Assembly: GCF_001194135.2 (NCBI RefSeq)
Contig: NC_068985.1
Location: forward strand, 119,031,204 to 119,070,378
DNA length: 39,175 bases
Source: Octopus bimaculoides
Taxonomy: Eukaryota
Direction of reading: 5' to 3'
A program made the position numbers and the translations under genes. Each line of letters begins with the position of its first letter. Position 1 is the stretch's first letter. The notes under the pieces are model-generated. The model had not been told where the DNA came from. It saw nothing but the letters and a program-made list of their open reading frames with translations, and made no database searches. Of this stretch, positions 10,020 to 21,404 are shown one piece after another.

Positions 10020-11163
10020 TGTGGGTGCGCTGAAAGTGTAGCTGCTAGAATAAGAATAGCCTGGGCAAAGTTTAGAGAGCTCTTACCCCTGCTGGCGACA
10101 AAGGGACTCTCACTCAGAGTAAAAGGCAGACTGTATGACGCATGCGTACGAACAACCATGCTACATGGCAGTGAAACATGGGCTGTAACTGCTGAGGACA
10201 TACGTAAGCTCGCAAGGAATGAAGCCAGTATGCTCCGTTGGATGTGTAATGTCAATGTGAATACCCGTCAGAGTGTAAGTATCTTGAGAGAAAAGCTGAA
10301 CATTAGAAGCATCAGTTGTGGCGTGCAAGAGAGACGATTGCGCTGGTATGGACATGTGGTGAGAATGGANNNNNNNNNNNNNNNNNNNNNNNNNNNNNNN
10401 NNNNNNNNNNNNNNNNNNNNNNNNNNNNNNNNNNNNNNNNNNNNNNNNNNNNNNNNNNNNNNNNNNNNNNNNNNNNNNNNNNNNNNNNNNNNNNNNNNNN
10501 NNNNNNNNNNNNNNNNNNNNNNNNNNNNNNNNNNNNNNNNNNNNNNNNNNNNNNNNNNNNNNNNNNNNNNNNNNNNNNNNNNNNNNNNNNNNNNNNNNNN
10601 NNNNNNNNNNNNNNNNNNNNNNNNNNNNNNNNNNNNNNNNNNNNNNNNNNNNNNNNNNNNNNNNNNNNNNNNNNNNNNNNNNNNNNNNNNNNNNNNNNNN
10701 NNNNNNNNNNNNNNNNNNNNNNNNNNNNNNNNNNNNNNNNNNNNNNNNNNNNNNNNNNNNNNNNNNNNNNNNNNNNNNNNNNNNNNNNNNNNNNNNNNNN
10801 NNNNNNNNNNNNNNNNNNNNNNNNNNNNNNNNNNNNNNNNNNNNNNNNNNNNNNNNNNNNNNNNNNNNNNNNNNNNNNNNNNNNNNNNNNNNNNNNNNNN
10901 NNNNNNNNNNNNNNNNNNNNNNNNNNNNGGCACATAAAAGACACCATTTCGAGCGTGGCCGTTTTCGTGCGGGTGACACGTAAAAGCACCCACTACACTC
11001 TCTGAGTGGTTGGCGTTAGGAAGGGCATCCAGCTGTAGAAACTCTGCCAAATCAGACTGGAGCCTGGTGTTGCCATCCGGTTTCACCAGTCCTCAGTCAA
11101 ATCGTCCAACCCATGCTAGCATGGAAAGCGGACGTTAAACGATGATGATGATGATGATGATGA
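10020..11163 (+). mobile_element. 5'-truncated RTE-clade LINE
   Basis: GCAESVAARIRIAWAKFRELLPLL...MLHGSETW...MLRWMC...RRLRWYGHVVRM is the RTE ORF C-terminal region. After gap 10370-10928 come a 3' UTR (taaaagcacccactacactc...ggaagggcatccagc) and a (GAT)n tail. Confidence 0.88.
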
Positions 11164-11325
11164 TTCTTGGTTTCTTATTACCATTTACCAAGACATAGAT
11201 AAAACATGGTTTTCTTGTCATTAGAATAGTAAGAATTTTGAAAAAATACATTTACAATGTCCTACAGTAATCTCCCTTGTAAATAACACGCCAAAGTGAC
11301 ACATACATACATACATACATACATA

Positions 11326-11470
11326 CAATCTATTAGTGGCACAGTGAAGATTTGTAAGACACTCCAAAGATTCTCCATTTGAGTTTCTTATGTGAATAGA
11401 TGCACACACCTGGGTGTATGCATCAACAGCTCAGTCAACACATCAACTCAACCACATATTTACAAACACC
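11326..11470 (+). mobile_element. Second Dong/R4 3'-end fragment
   Basis: QSISGTVKICKTLQRFSI* (stop 11380-11382) begins immediately after (ACAT)n at 11301-11326 and has the same terminal motif as the 8428 copy. Confidence 0.6.
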
Positions 11471-11479
11471 AGGAACTCT

Positions 11480-11960
11480 CTGAACTCAAAAAGTCTTGTC
11501 GCTTTGTTGACGACCGGCTTAAACTCTCAAGAAGAACTTAAAACTCACAGAAAAATCTCTTTTACATGAGACAGTACGTTATAAAAAAAAAACTTTCAGG
11601 GTAAGTGTTTATAAGAAGATATTGGCATAAAAAATCTCAATTTTTATTGCAGAGATCTGATTACACTACATGAAAAGAATTGAAGAGTGCTTTAGAAATG
11701 GCATTTACAAAAATCTAACCAAACTATTCAAGCCAAAAATTATTATCCAATAACCCTACGTCAAGTATAAGATCAATACTGGTTATATGAACCTGTTCTT
11801 ATACGGTCATTATGCTATCTCCGAAGTTTTGCTCTATACACCTGAACAAGCTGGGAGAAAGAAAAAAGTATGAAACTGCATAGAATGGTTAGTTATTGAT
11901 CCAAGAGGAATCAGCAAAGAGCTGTAAGAATTTAATCATAAGATGGCAGTAGCATGGCAC
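11480..11960 (+). mobile_element. Decayed Dong/R4-like RT N-terminal fragment
   Basis: Scattered motifs RYWHKK, AKNYYPIT and EQAG...CIEWLVID resemble YWxKKL / NYRPIT / EQxG..K...CxxQLLID. Many stops and frameshifts. Confidence 0.5.
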
Positions 11961-12257
11961 GGGTTCTTGACTTTTGGGGGTAAGGTTGCTTTTGGTGTTT
12001 CACTTTCGCCTGTTCTGTGTATCACATTTGATATACAGGACATGTTTCCTTGACATGCATACATCATACAGTCACACCACTAGTGTAACTTGGAACTTAA
12101 CATACACCAAAACAAATAGTGTGCTCAGCTGCTTCCACTCTAATGACCGCGATGACGTTGCCGCGGAGAATGGCCAGTGACACTCGCTACAGCAGCCATT
12201 CTACCTCGTGGAGTTCATTTTTTTTGGTTTCAAATGAACAACTGGATGCTTTTTAAG

Positions 12258-12505
12258 TACTCTTTTACACTTTTACTTGTTTCAGTCATTTGACAGCGGC
12301 CATGCTGGAGCACCGCCTTAAAGCGTTTTTTTAGTCAAAGAAATCGACCCTAGGACTTATTCTTTGTAAGCCTAGTACTTATTTTATCGGTCTCTTTTGG
12401 CGAACTGTTAAGTTACGGGGTGCATAAACACATTAACGTCGGTTGTCAAGTGATGGTGGGGAGACAAACATAAAGACAAAGACATACACACGCATATATA
12501 TACAT
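12258..12505 (-). mobile_element. SINE family A, 3' half
   Basis: acttgtttcagtcatttgacagcggccatgctggagcaccgcc...aagttacgggg...gttgtcaag recurs at 12578, 16370, 24886 and 39060. Confidence 0.85.
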
Positions 12506-12576
<71 letters not shown>

Positions 12577-12577
12577 C

Positions 12578-12760
12578 TCTTACTCTTTTACTTATTTCAG
12601 TCATTTGATTGTGGCCATGCTGGAGCACCGCCTTTTGGTCGAGTTAATCGACCCCAGGACTTATTCTTTGGAAGCCTAGTACTTATTCTATCCATCTCTT
12701 TAGCCGAACCGCTAAGTTACGGGGACGTAAACACACCAGCATCGATTGTCAAACGATGTT
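12578..12760 (-). mobile_element. SINE family A, 3' part, truncated at the inverted-duplication breakpoint
   Basis: Homologous to 12258-12470; homology stops at aaacgatgtt, where the duplicated segment begins. Confidence 0.85.
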
Positions 12761-13116
12761 TAGTTTTATTCCAAGGATATTAAAACCCACATCACCCTCA
12801 GCCTTGACTGGAAGCTTCAACAAAAATAGTAATACTCACATGTTCTATCTCAAAAGAAAATATGGAGAGAGAAGCTTCAGATCGGTCCATACAGACTTTT
12901 AATGTCATATAGAAGCAACCAAAAAATTTTTCCAAACTACAGCAGATTAACACAGTGTTTAAAGTGATATAACATGCTTTGAATCAAAACTGAACTAGGC
13001 ACAGTTGTGGCTGTATGGTAAGAAGCTTGCTTCTCAACTACAAGGTTCCGGGTTCAGTCACACTGCGGGGCACCTTGTGCAAATATCTTCTACTATGGCC
13101 TCGGCCGACCAAAGCC
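12759..13116 (+). repeat. Left arm of a 358-bp inverted duplication (includes a family A SINE head at about 12997-13116)
   Basis: Reverse complement of 13997-14354, with the same length and about 4 substitutions by eye. Confidence 0.95.
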
Positions 13117-13955
13117 GGTAATTCCCGGGAAAGCGGGGCTTATCCCTTGGTTTCGTTCTCATAGTTGTTTCGCTAATCCAATAACAACAATACAAAGTAT
13201 GTAGCTCTTAGAAGGGCTTTTGTACATTTACAGAGAATACCAAACTGTCTTTCACAAGACCTTGTTTTTAGGAATTCCCAATAAGTTATGAATACCCAAA
13301 TTGTGAAGTCAGTTACGTAAAAACTTGAAATTAGTTACCCGATAGTAAGAATTCAAATAAAGTAGCCCCGAAAAGGGCTTTAATGCGTCCCCAGAGTTTA
13401 TAGAACTTAGGAGGAAATACTGATAAGGTATGTATACTAAAATCGTGAAACATGTTACGTAATAACGGGCTAATCAGATATGAGATAATAAATATTCAAA
13501 GTAAATAACTCTGAAAAGGGCTTTTGGGCGTTCCCAGAGAATATTACTTTCAGCGGCGCTAGTGTTGGTATATTCGTGAATAAGTCACTAGCTGAAATAA
13601 GTACATCTATTGTTTAGGAAAATACTATTTACTTGTTGAAGGGTTGTACTGGATAAATTGCGAAAATAACAGTTCAAATACTACGAAATAAGCATACTCA
13701 ATTTGATTTATACTAAATGATTTAGGAAAATGAATGGGTTATTTCCCTTGGCTGTTAAAACGAAATATATTAGATATATATATAAGGATCCTTTCCAGGG
13801 GCCCTATTATCGATTTTTTTCCTACAATCTGAGTATGCCATGAGGTTTCCAGACATGAGCTGTACTCACGTGTCAAGTTTTCTCAAAATCGATAAAACTA
13901 TGTAGGAGGAGTTATCTAACAACTCCCCAAACACACCCACTGACAGAATTTCCCA
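13117..13955 (+). mobile_element. Non-autonomous element, probably Helitron/Helentron-like, with internal degenerate subrepeats
   Basis: A 5' mini-hairpin CCCG-ggaaag-CGGG, three diverged copies of gtagc...aagggcttt...cagag, and a 3' block gtgtcaagttttctcaaaatcg. A second, inverted, truncated copy lies at 35666-35915. No TSD is seen. Confidence 0.55.
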
Positions 13956-14117
13956 ACGGGCTACTTTCCGTTTCCGTCTATCAAATCCACTCATATGGCT
14001 TTGGTCGGCCGAGGCCATAGTAGAAGATATTTGCACAAGGTGCCCCGCAGTGTGACTGAACCTGGAACCTTGTAGTTGAGAAGCAAGCTTATTACCATAC
14101 AGCCACAACTGTGCCTA
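13954..14117 (-). mobile_element. SINE family A head (tRNA-like plus CORE-like domain)
   Basis: The minus strand reads ggcacagttgtggctgtatggtaa...ggttcagtcacactgcggggcaccttgtgcaaatatcttctactatggcctc...gcccgt. The ggcaccttg-gcaag-cttc block resembles the CORE domain of MIR-type SINEs. Confidence 0.8.
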
Positions 14118-14354
14118 GTTCAGTTTTGATTCAAAGCATGTTATATCACTTTAAACACTGTGTTAATCTGCTGTAGTTTGGAAAATTTTTTTGGTTGCTT
14201 CTATATGACATTAAAAGTCTGTATGGACCGATCTGAAGCTTCTCTCTCCATATTTTCTTTTGAGATAGAACATGTGAGTATTACTATTTTTGTTGAAGCT
14301 TCCAGTCAAGGCTGAGGGTGATGTGGGTTTTAATATCCATGGAATAAAACTAAA
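13997..14354 (-). repeat. Right arm of the 358-bp inverted duplication
   Basis: Reverse complement of 12759-13116. Confidence 0.95.
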
Positions 14355-14522
14355 GCGGCGAGAAGGCTGAACCATTAGCTCGTCGGGCAGAATGCTTAGC
14401 AGCATTTCTTCCGTCTTTACGTACTGAGTTCAAATTCCGCCGGGGCCGACTTTGCCTTTCATTTCTTTTGAGGTAGATAAAATAAATACTAGTTTGGACT
14501 TGTGCCAAAATTTGAAACCAAT
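14355..14522 (+). mobile_element. SINE family B copy with the ...gtgccaaaatttgaaacc tail
   Basis: gcggcgag...aatgcttagc...tgagttcaaattccgcc...ttgcctttcat...ttgtgccaaaatttgaaacc. Confidence 0.8.
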
Positions 14523-15395
14523 ATCTATGGAATAAACTATCTTCAATATTAGTCCCATTTCCGGCCAAGGAAAATTCTTGCAGGATATTGTCGTGTTATC
14601 AAATGGAAAATTTCAGCTGCTTTATTTTTGAGTCCCAGGTCAAACCCTATCAAAAGCGTTCCACCCATAACCATCTCATCTTTTATTTATTTATTCATTT
14701 ATTTATTCATTGTATCAGAAATATACTGTCCGATATTGACTTGTTTTAAAGACGACTGCGTATGATGTGAGAAAGAGAGAGAGAGAGCGAGAGAGTGAAG
14801 GAGAGAGAGTTGGCTGCTATTTATTGCTATCGAATAAAGTGCGGTGACATGCTTTTTAGTCCCTATGTATGTATGACCAGCTAGTGAATATTTTCAGTAT
14901 AGTATAGGCCAAATCAATCATCTTACACAGCCTCTTTAATCTCAAATCCTAAACACCGAAACAAGCAATAAATATATTAACGTCTCTCACGAGAAAATGT
15001 CAACGACCTTTGTGTTTACGCTTTTTAAATGGACGCCCACGACACACCAGCATCAGTCTTTCAACAATTTCAGAACGCACTAAATAAGACAGGTAATTTT
15101 CAGCTTGTGAATTTCAGCTATCATCAAACTATCTCGGACGCTGCGCACTGTTTGATAAGATCTTGACTATGAATTTAAGATATTCAAAACGCTGGACAGG
15201 AAGCAGCCTTTCTTTCCATATATTTGATCTGCCATCATGGATGTATAAAGGAAATCGTTAAGCATAGTGACAAATATGAATAACGTGCGCACGCACGCAC
15301 ACACACACACACAAACGCGAGCGTGTGGATATGTTTATATATATATGTGCGTGCGAGTGCGTGTGCGTGTGCGCTTGTGTGTGTGTGTGTGTGTG

Positions 15396-15545
15396 ATTTA
15401 GAAGCTCACATTGCAGCCACGTGGTTTCGGGTTAGGCCTTACTGCGCAGCACCTTGAACCAGTGTCATCTACTATGACTCCGTACCGAACAAAGCCCTGG
15501 GAGTAGATTTGAGAGAAGAAAGCTGAAAGAAGGTCGTCGTACACA
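15396..15545 (+). mobile_element. Decayed SINE family A head
   Basis: ...gcagcaccttgaaccagtgtcatctactatgactc...aaagctgaaagaaggtcgtcgt parallels 24600-24770. Confidence 0.6.
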
Positions 15546-15554
15546 CACACACTG

Positions 15555-15808
15555 AGACCCCCTTCGGTCATGACTGGCCATGGGATTGCACCTAGAGAGT
15601 TACCCTCCGAGGTACAAGTCGGGGCAAGGATGTTTATGGAAGACCAGCAGTCGCCCATGCATGCTAGCCTCCCCTCTCCACGCCACCAGTGTTATCCAAG
15701 GGAAAGGCAAAGGCTGATACAGCTTGGCACCTATGACGTCGCAACTCATTTCTACAGCTGAGTGAACTGGAGCAACGTGGAATAAAGGGTCTTGCTCAAG
15801 AACACAAC
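15555..15808 (-). mobile_element. SINE family D (head lost in gap)
   Basis: The minus strand reads gttgtgttcttgagcaagaccctttattccacgttgctccagttcactcagctg..., followed by a block also present at 20335-20505 (pseudo-ORF MGDCWSSIN...). Confidence 0.65.
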
Positions 15809-16035
15809 NNNNNNNNNNNNNNNNNNNNNNNNNNNNNNNNNNNNNNNNNNNNNNNNNNNNNNNNNNNNNNNNNNNNNNNNNNNNNNNNNNNNNNNNNNNN
15901 NNNNNNNNNNNNNNNNNNNNNNNNNNNNNNNNNNNNNNNNNNNNNNNNNNNNNNNNNNNNNNNNNNNNNNNNNNNNNNNNNNNNNNNNNNNNNNNNNNNN
16001 NNNNNNNNNNNNNNNNNNNNNNNNNNNNNNNNNNN

Positions 16036-16308
16036 ATATATATATATACGTAATAATACAAATGATATATGAGCATATGCATGTATACATACATATATAT
16101 ATATGCATACCTACATCTACATGTATATATAGATGCATATCCGGGTACAGGACGTCAAAAAACGTGGACAAAAAAGGAACGGGAGCATAAACAAAGCACA
16201 AAAACGGACTTTTTTTTACGGACAACAGAATGAACACATAGGAAAACACACAGGCTACATAGAGAACATTTCCTTCATCAGCTGCCACCATTCTAAAACT
16301 AAGCGTTT
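16036..16308 (-). mobile_element. Dispersed repeat with gtggcagctgatgaagg motif (probable PLE terminal repeat)
   Basis: Homologous to 27065-27230 and 34645-34860. The PLE assignment is inferred from hammerhead-like motifs. Confidence 0.55.
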
Positions 16309-16319
16309 ATATATATATA

Positions 16320-16355
16320 TACTAGCAGAGATACCCGGACTTGCTCGGGATTAAA
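16320..16355 (+). mobile_element. Helitron/Helentron-like 5' stub
   Basis: tACTAGcagagata-CCCG-gacttgct-CGGG directly after (TA)n, a start-plus-hairpin pattern typical of Lep1/HINE-like elements. Very short. Confidence 0.35.
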
Positions 16356-16369
16356 ATGGCATAGTTCTT

Positions 16370-16505
16370 TTTTTATTGTTTTACTTGTTTCAGTCATGTG
16401 AATTCGGCCATGCTGAAGCACAGCTTTTGGTCGAACAAATCGACCACGAGATTTATTCTTTGTAAGCCTAGTACTTATTTTATCAGTGTCTTTCGTCAAA
16501 CCGCT
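16370..16505 (-). mobile_element. SINE family A, 3' part
   Basis: Homology to 12258-12420. Confidence 0.75.
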
Positions 16506-16529
16506 TAGAATTTCTGACGTAGAACACGG

Positions 16530-18000
16530 TGTACTCTGAACGTATTTGACTAAACTTCTAAAAGAAAAAATAAAAGAGGAATCATTCAACAAAGAATTGT
16601 CAAAAATCAGTGAAGAAATAAGTCGTTTTAGACCAAGAATAGGAATTTGTGAAGGAATATTTAACTTAGACATATATCAAACTGCCCTAAACATAAAACA
16701 AAATGTCTACATATGTTTTATAGAATATACTAAATGTCAGACAGTAAAACATACAAAGATAATCGAATGTCTATCAGGATTTGGGATATGTAAAAACACT
16801 GAAATATTGGCTTCAAATTTTGGTACATGGCTAGCAGGTTCGAGGGAATGGGAAAGTTGGTTACATCAACTCCAGAAGTCAACTGGCACTTATTTTATCG
16901 ACTTCCGGGAGGATGAAAGGCAAAGTCGATCTCAGCGGAATTTCAACTCAGAATGTAAGGGCAGACAAAATGCCGCTAAGCATTTTGCACGGCGTGATAA
17001 CATTTCTGCCATCTCGTCACCTTAGGCACAATCCGAAATTTTGCGGTGAGGGTGGGTTAGTCGATCACATCGATCCCAGTATTTGACTGGTACTTATTTC
17101 ATCGACCTCGAAAGGATGTGAGGCACAAATAATAATGAAAATATTCTGTGCGCAATCAACAGTGGTGTGCGTCAAACAGGGAAAACCTCAAACTTTAAAA
17201 TGAAGAACGGAGTCATGCAAGGTTGTGTACTATCTTCTAGCCTATTACACTTATACATTATACATGAAGTACAAGGCATACTAAGAGTATCAGTAAGAAG
17301 GGTGAACATCGACAATCGTGGTTATGCAGACGATAAGAGCAGTGATCTACAGAAACTTGTGACTACTGTAAATGACAAACCAGAGTCTTATTGAATGGAA
17401 TGAAGGTAAAGAGACGAAAATCAATGTTAATCAGCAAGAAACATGAGTTACCAAAAATAGATATTACAATCATAGGGAAAATTAATTGAACAGATATCGA
17501 AGATTAATATACCTACGATATAAATTGGAAATGTAGTGCAGAAATCAAAAGAAGGATTGAGATAGCGAGGAAGACCTTTGCAAAAAAACAAAAAACAAAA
17601 AAATCAAATATACTAACATAAGAAACATCAATTGCGAAAGTAGAAAAAGAAGATTATTAAAGTGTTATGTATGGTCTACTCTAGAATATAGAGCTGAAAC
17701 AGAGGCATTAACAATAGGATAATTAAACTACAAATCTTTGAGACGTAGGTGTATGAACATTTTTGAGAATATCGTGGATAGAGCACCAAATCAATGACAA
17801 AAATACTATGACAAAAGCAAAGAAAATGTTGCAAGACACTGTGAAAGAGGAGAAAACTAAAATATTTATCTTGGCCACTTAATTAAAAGAAACAGTTTGC
17901 AGATGTTTGGTAGAAGCTAGAATGAATGGGGAAAAAACGAAATTTACGTAGATAAATATCAGGAATTGGACAGACTAAAATATAATAAGTGTATAAGGAC
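16530..18000 (+). mobile_element. Decayed RTE-clade LINE RT region, interrupted by SINEs at about 16812-17125
   Basis: EGIFNL...VYICFIEY.K, GVMQGCVLS, GYADD, AEIKRRIEIARKTF and LLKCYVWSTL are collinear RTE RT motifs with many stops. Confidence 0.8.
16812..17125 (-). mobile_element. Two adjacent SINE family B copies (16812-17022 and partial 17023-17125)
   Basis: Both carry the ctggtacttatttt-atcgac...gaaagg core; the first retains the head. Confidence 0.8.
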
Positions 18001-18199
18001 ATCACAAAAAAAGATTTATTTTATTTAGCCTGCTGAGAGTGGACAGTACCCGTTGATGATGGGTGTAGGTGAGATTGTGGTATTGTTGATAGTGGTTTGG
18101 TTGGGGTGATAGGGGCAATGGTGATAGTTTTATTATTGCTCTTGTTATTGGTGTCGTTACTGTTGTTGTTGTTGCTGTTGCTGCTGTCTTCATTATTGT

Positions 18200-19545
18200 T
18201 ATGTAACTACAGGTCAGCTCTAATCGCAAAGACTTAATGAATGCAGCTAGTGGACGAAATGACGACACTCGGTCCACCGATCGGTCTTTTCAGTTGTACC
18301 ACGTTTCTTCTTTAGCTGAAGACCTAACTGCACATTCCAGTGGGCAGTGATGATTTAAATAAGGCGCAGTGTAACAATCTGATAATACTGCAACCTCTCC
18401 ATTGTCCAGTCTATGTCTGCATTGCCGTAGATTCTGATGATAGCAACTACGGCAGCAGGTGAGGTGGAATTGGTCGGCTCACGACAGGAACTGTTCCTCA
18501 GCGCTAATCGTTTGTTGCGAGCATTCCCGCACAATCATTGGGGCCCAATGAGGTTACTGGTATTATTACTATCTCTTTGTACGTGCATTTTTTCTTTGTG
18601 CTTGTCTGGGTTGAGTGAGAGAGATAGTGTTTTTTAGGATGCTGGTGTAGCAGCTGCTCTGGCATGTTGTATGCTGTCTGGGTGTTTGGAAGTAGTTTTC
18701 CAATTAGTGACATTTACTGTTGGAGCTGAAGCTTAATGCGGGAACAAACTGTAATCATTGCATATCCAGGTGTGTTTTTTGTTTATTTGTTAGTTGTTTT
18801 TTTTTATCTCATTTTGAGCAGCTTTGCTTCTTTGTGTAGGTAGTTTGTGGGTGTGATCTGTACCTAACCTGTTATGATGCGCATTGCGCTGTTATGTTTA
18901 CTTGGTAGTTTATTGTAGTTTGTTTTGAAGAGTGAGTGAGTGAATGAATGAGTGAGAGAGAGACACACAGACAGACAGAAGAGAGAGAGGAGAGAGGGAG
19001 ATGAGAAAGACAGACAGTAGAGACAGACAGGATTAGTGGCGTAGTCCATGATGGCTCTAATGCGTTGTTTGTATATCAATGCCGCCATTTCTTTCTGTTG
19101 GCCAAATATAGTACCTGTGGTTGCTCTGATTGCTTTCAACGTATTTTTGCTATCTTTACTATGTTATCTGTATGAATGCTGTAGAGAATATGTATGTAAC
19201 CTGTATGTAGCATTAGTCTTCTTCTTGGTGTGTGGGTGTGTGGGTGTGCGTGCGTTTTCCTATTCGGTTGTATTTCATGTTTTCTGATGTAGCTGGTAAG
19301 GAATCAGTGGATTTAGTAGGTGCCACTTTAAGTCTACTGCTGTAGAACCACATTTCTAAGTGATTAAAGTAGGGATGGAATAGCCGAGCATCAGTGTCTA
19401 GGGAATGGGGTAAGCTATGAACGTCATGTTATCTAAGCAGGAAGCTGTCTGTATACTTTATAAAGGTATGAGGTCTTGTATTTACGTTATACTTATATTG
19501 AAATTGTTGTAGATAACATTTGTAGATAACTGTGTGATGTTTGTA
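18200..19545 (-). mobile_element. Decayed I/Jockey-group LINE (RT C-terminal half and 3' end)
   Basis: Minus strand: HLEMWF..RLKVAPTKS, KAIRATTGTIFGQ...LIYKQRIRAIMDYA...YNKL...NSAMRIITG, HLDM..LQF. Boundaries are approximate. Confidence 0.6.
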
Positions 19546-19584
19546 AAATGCTTTACATAATTGTAACTATAAGCAATATTCATT

Positions 19585-19900
19585 GATTTCAAATTTTGGC
19601 ACAACACCACTAATTTCGGGGGAGGGAATTAGTCAGTCACATCGACCCCAGTGTTCAACTGGTACTTATTTTATTGACCCCGAAAATATGAAAAGCAAAG
19701 TGGACCTCGGCGGTTTCTGAACTCAGAAAAAGGTTTCAAATTTTGGCACAAGGCTAGAAATTTCGGGAGAGGGAGTAAGTCAATTACTTCGACCCCAGTA
19801 TTCAACTGGTACTTATTTTATCGACCTCAAAAGGACGAAAGGCAAAGTGAATCTCAGCGGAATTTCAATCGAGAACGTAAAGACAGACTAAATGCCGCTT
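19585..19900 (-). mobile_element. Two tandem SINE family B copies (19585-19727, 19732-19900)
   Basis: Each reads ttcaaattttggcacaa...tcgaccccagt.ttcaactggtacttatttt...gaaaggcaaagt...gagaacg on the plus strand. Confidence 0.85.
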
Positions 19901-19959
19901 ATACATACAATATATTTTACAATGTAGTATACATTTTATACTCTATATTCGTTCGGCAG

Positions 19960-20320
19960 TCTGATAGGCTTCTTGTTAACCAACGTTTTGTGTTGTTTCT
20001 TAAGGCGTTGTGGAATACTTTTGTTTTCTTTTGCATGCATGGATAACAAGGAATGGAGTCGAAAACTGTCGATTGTAATGGGAGTTAGAATAGAGATTTT
20101 TGTAAGATTTCACGTTGTTAAAGACGTCGTGTAATTTTCTGTGACAAGTTCGTGAGCTGAGTGGTAGCTGAATATAGTGACCAGATCCGGGTTGGCAATT
20201 TAGCATGGTGGGTGTACAGATTAATGAACTCAATGCTAAAATGTTTTGTTGTTGTGAATAGCAGAATGATGAATCTGTATGATGTTCCCTCACTTGGATT
20301 TTTGTAGGGTTTTAAAAAAC
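19960..20320 (-). mobile_element. Possible PLE RT fragment
   Basis: Minus-strand FINLYT...SQKITRRL*QREILQKSLF resembles the PLE RT motif DxxxLYTNIP and its downstream helix. Weak. Confidence 0.4.
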
Positions 20321-20334
20321 GTAAAAACTCCACT

Positions 20335-20505
20335 TCTGTCATGAATGACCATGAGATTGCACCTCGAAAGTTACCCTCCGAGGCACAAGTCCAGGCAAGG
20401 TTGTTTATGGACGACCAGCAGTCGCCCATTCATACCAGCCTCCCCTCTCCACACAAAACTGATGTTATCCAATAGAAAGGCAAAGGTCGATACAGCTTGG
20501 CACTG
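20335..20505 (-). mobile_element. SINE family D fragment
   Basis: Homologous to 15560-15730. Confidence 0.7.
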
Positions 20506-21404
20506 ATATTAAGAAATACAAGAAGATCATTAGGGTTAACATATTTCGATTTTCTCTTACAATTTCTAGTTGATAGTAATCCTGTATAGCTCTATTTCAT
20601 TCTTTTTAGAAACCTTCAGTATGGTTTAACCCGTAACTTATTAATAAACATATTACGAAGAGAGACATGTTTTGCTGGTAGTTATCTGATTCTGTATTTC
20701 CGTGGTTGATTTTGTTGTTGTTGCTGTTTCTTGTTTGGTTGTTTCTTACAGTTTTATTTCTTTTGTATGTGGTTTTGGGTGCATAGTGTTTGAAGTTGTC
20801 TCTGCATTTTTACGAAGGTGGCTATTTCTGGTATGTAATTTGTATGCGTGCGAGTGGCTGTGTGTGTGTTTATTTGTGCATATGTATATGTGTGCGTGTG
20901 TGTTTGTGTATGTATGCATGTACACGCAATGCATCCATGCATTGTTGATAACGCCTATTGAGACCGAAACATGTGTCCACGACTATCCTCTCTTGTATAG
21001 ACAATAAGCCCAGCCTTTTCCTTAATGGCATGTCACTTTAATCTTGAGGTTATCTCCCCCTCTCAAGTGGGGCTGGTCTTAGTTGCTATTTGGTAATTAT
21101 GACGCATTCTCTAGAAGCGGAGATAGTTTTAATAAATCAAGAATGTGTTGTATAGTATGTGACATACTTGTTTTTGTGTTATTCAAATATATGCCACTGG
21201 TTACTTTGAGTTATTTCTCTTAATTCATTTTTTTCTGAAATTAGGCATACATATATCCGTAGATATAGAGTAATCTTGCTGTTAAAGCGAGAAACAAAGC
21301 AATAACACAAATATATATTATGGTAGAAATGCGCAGAGATAGCGCTGGGTATCAGTTATTACGTCAAAAGTTTATGAAATATAATCAAGTATGTATCCAT
21401 GTGT

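Noticed and set aside
13117-13953. Merlin-type MITE reading of this element (ends GGTAATTC / GAATTTCC)
   Set aside because: The terminal match is only 7 of 8 nt, there is no TSD, and the second copy extends homology past the supposed end. Helentron-like features fit better.
15555-15730. HDV-like ribozyme in the family D SINE block
   Set aside because: I could not fit P1, P2 and P3 pairings on either strand by eye.
20945-20980. Hammerhead-like ttgataa...cgaaacatgtgtc
   Set aside because: GAAAC-NNNN-GTC geometry is present, but the core and stems I and II are too decayed to support a call.
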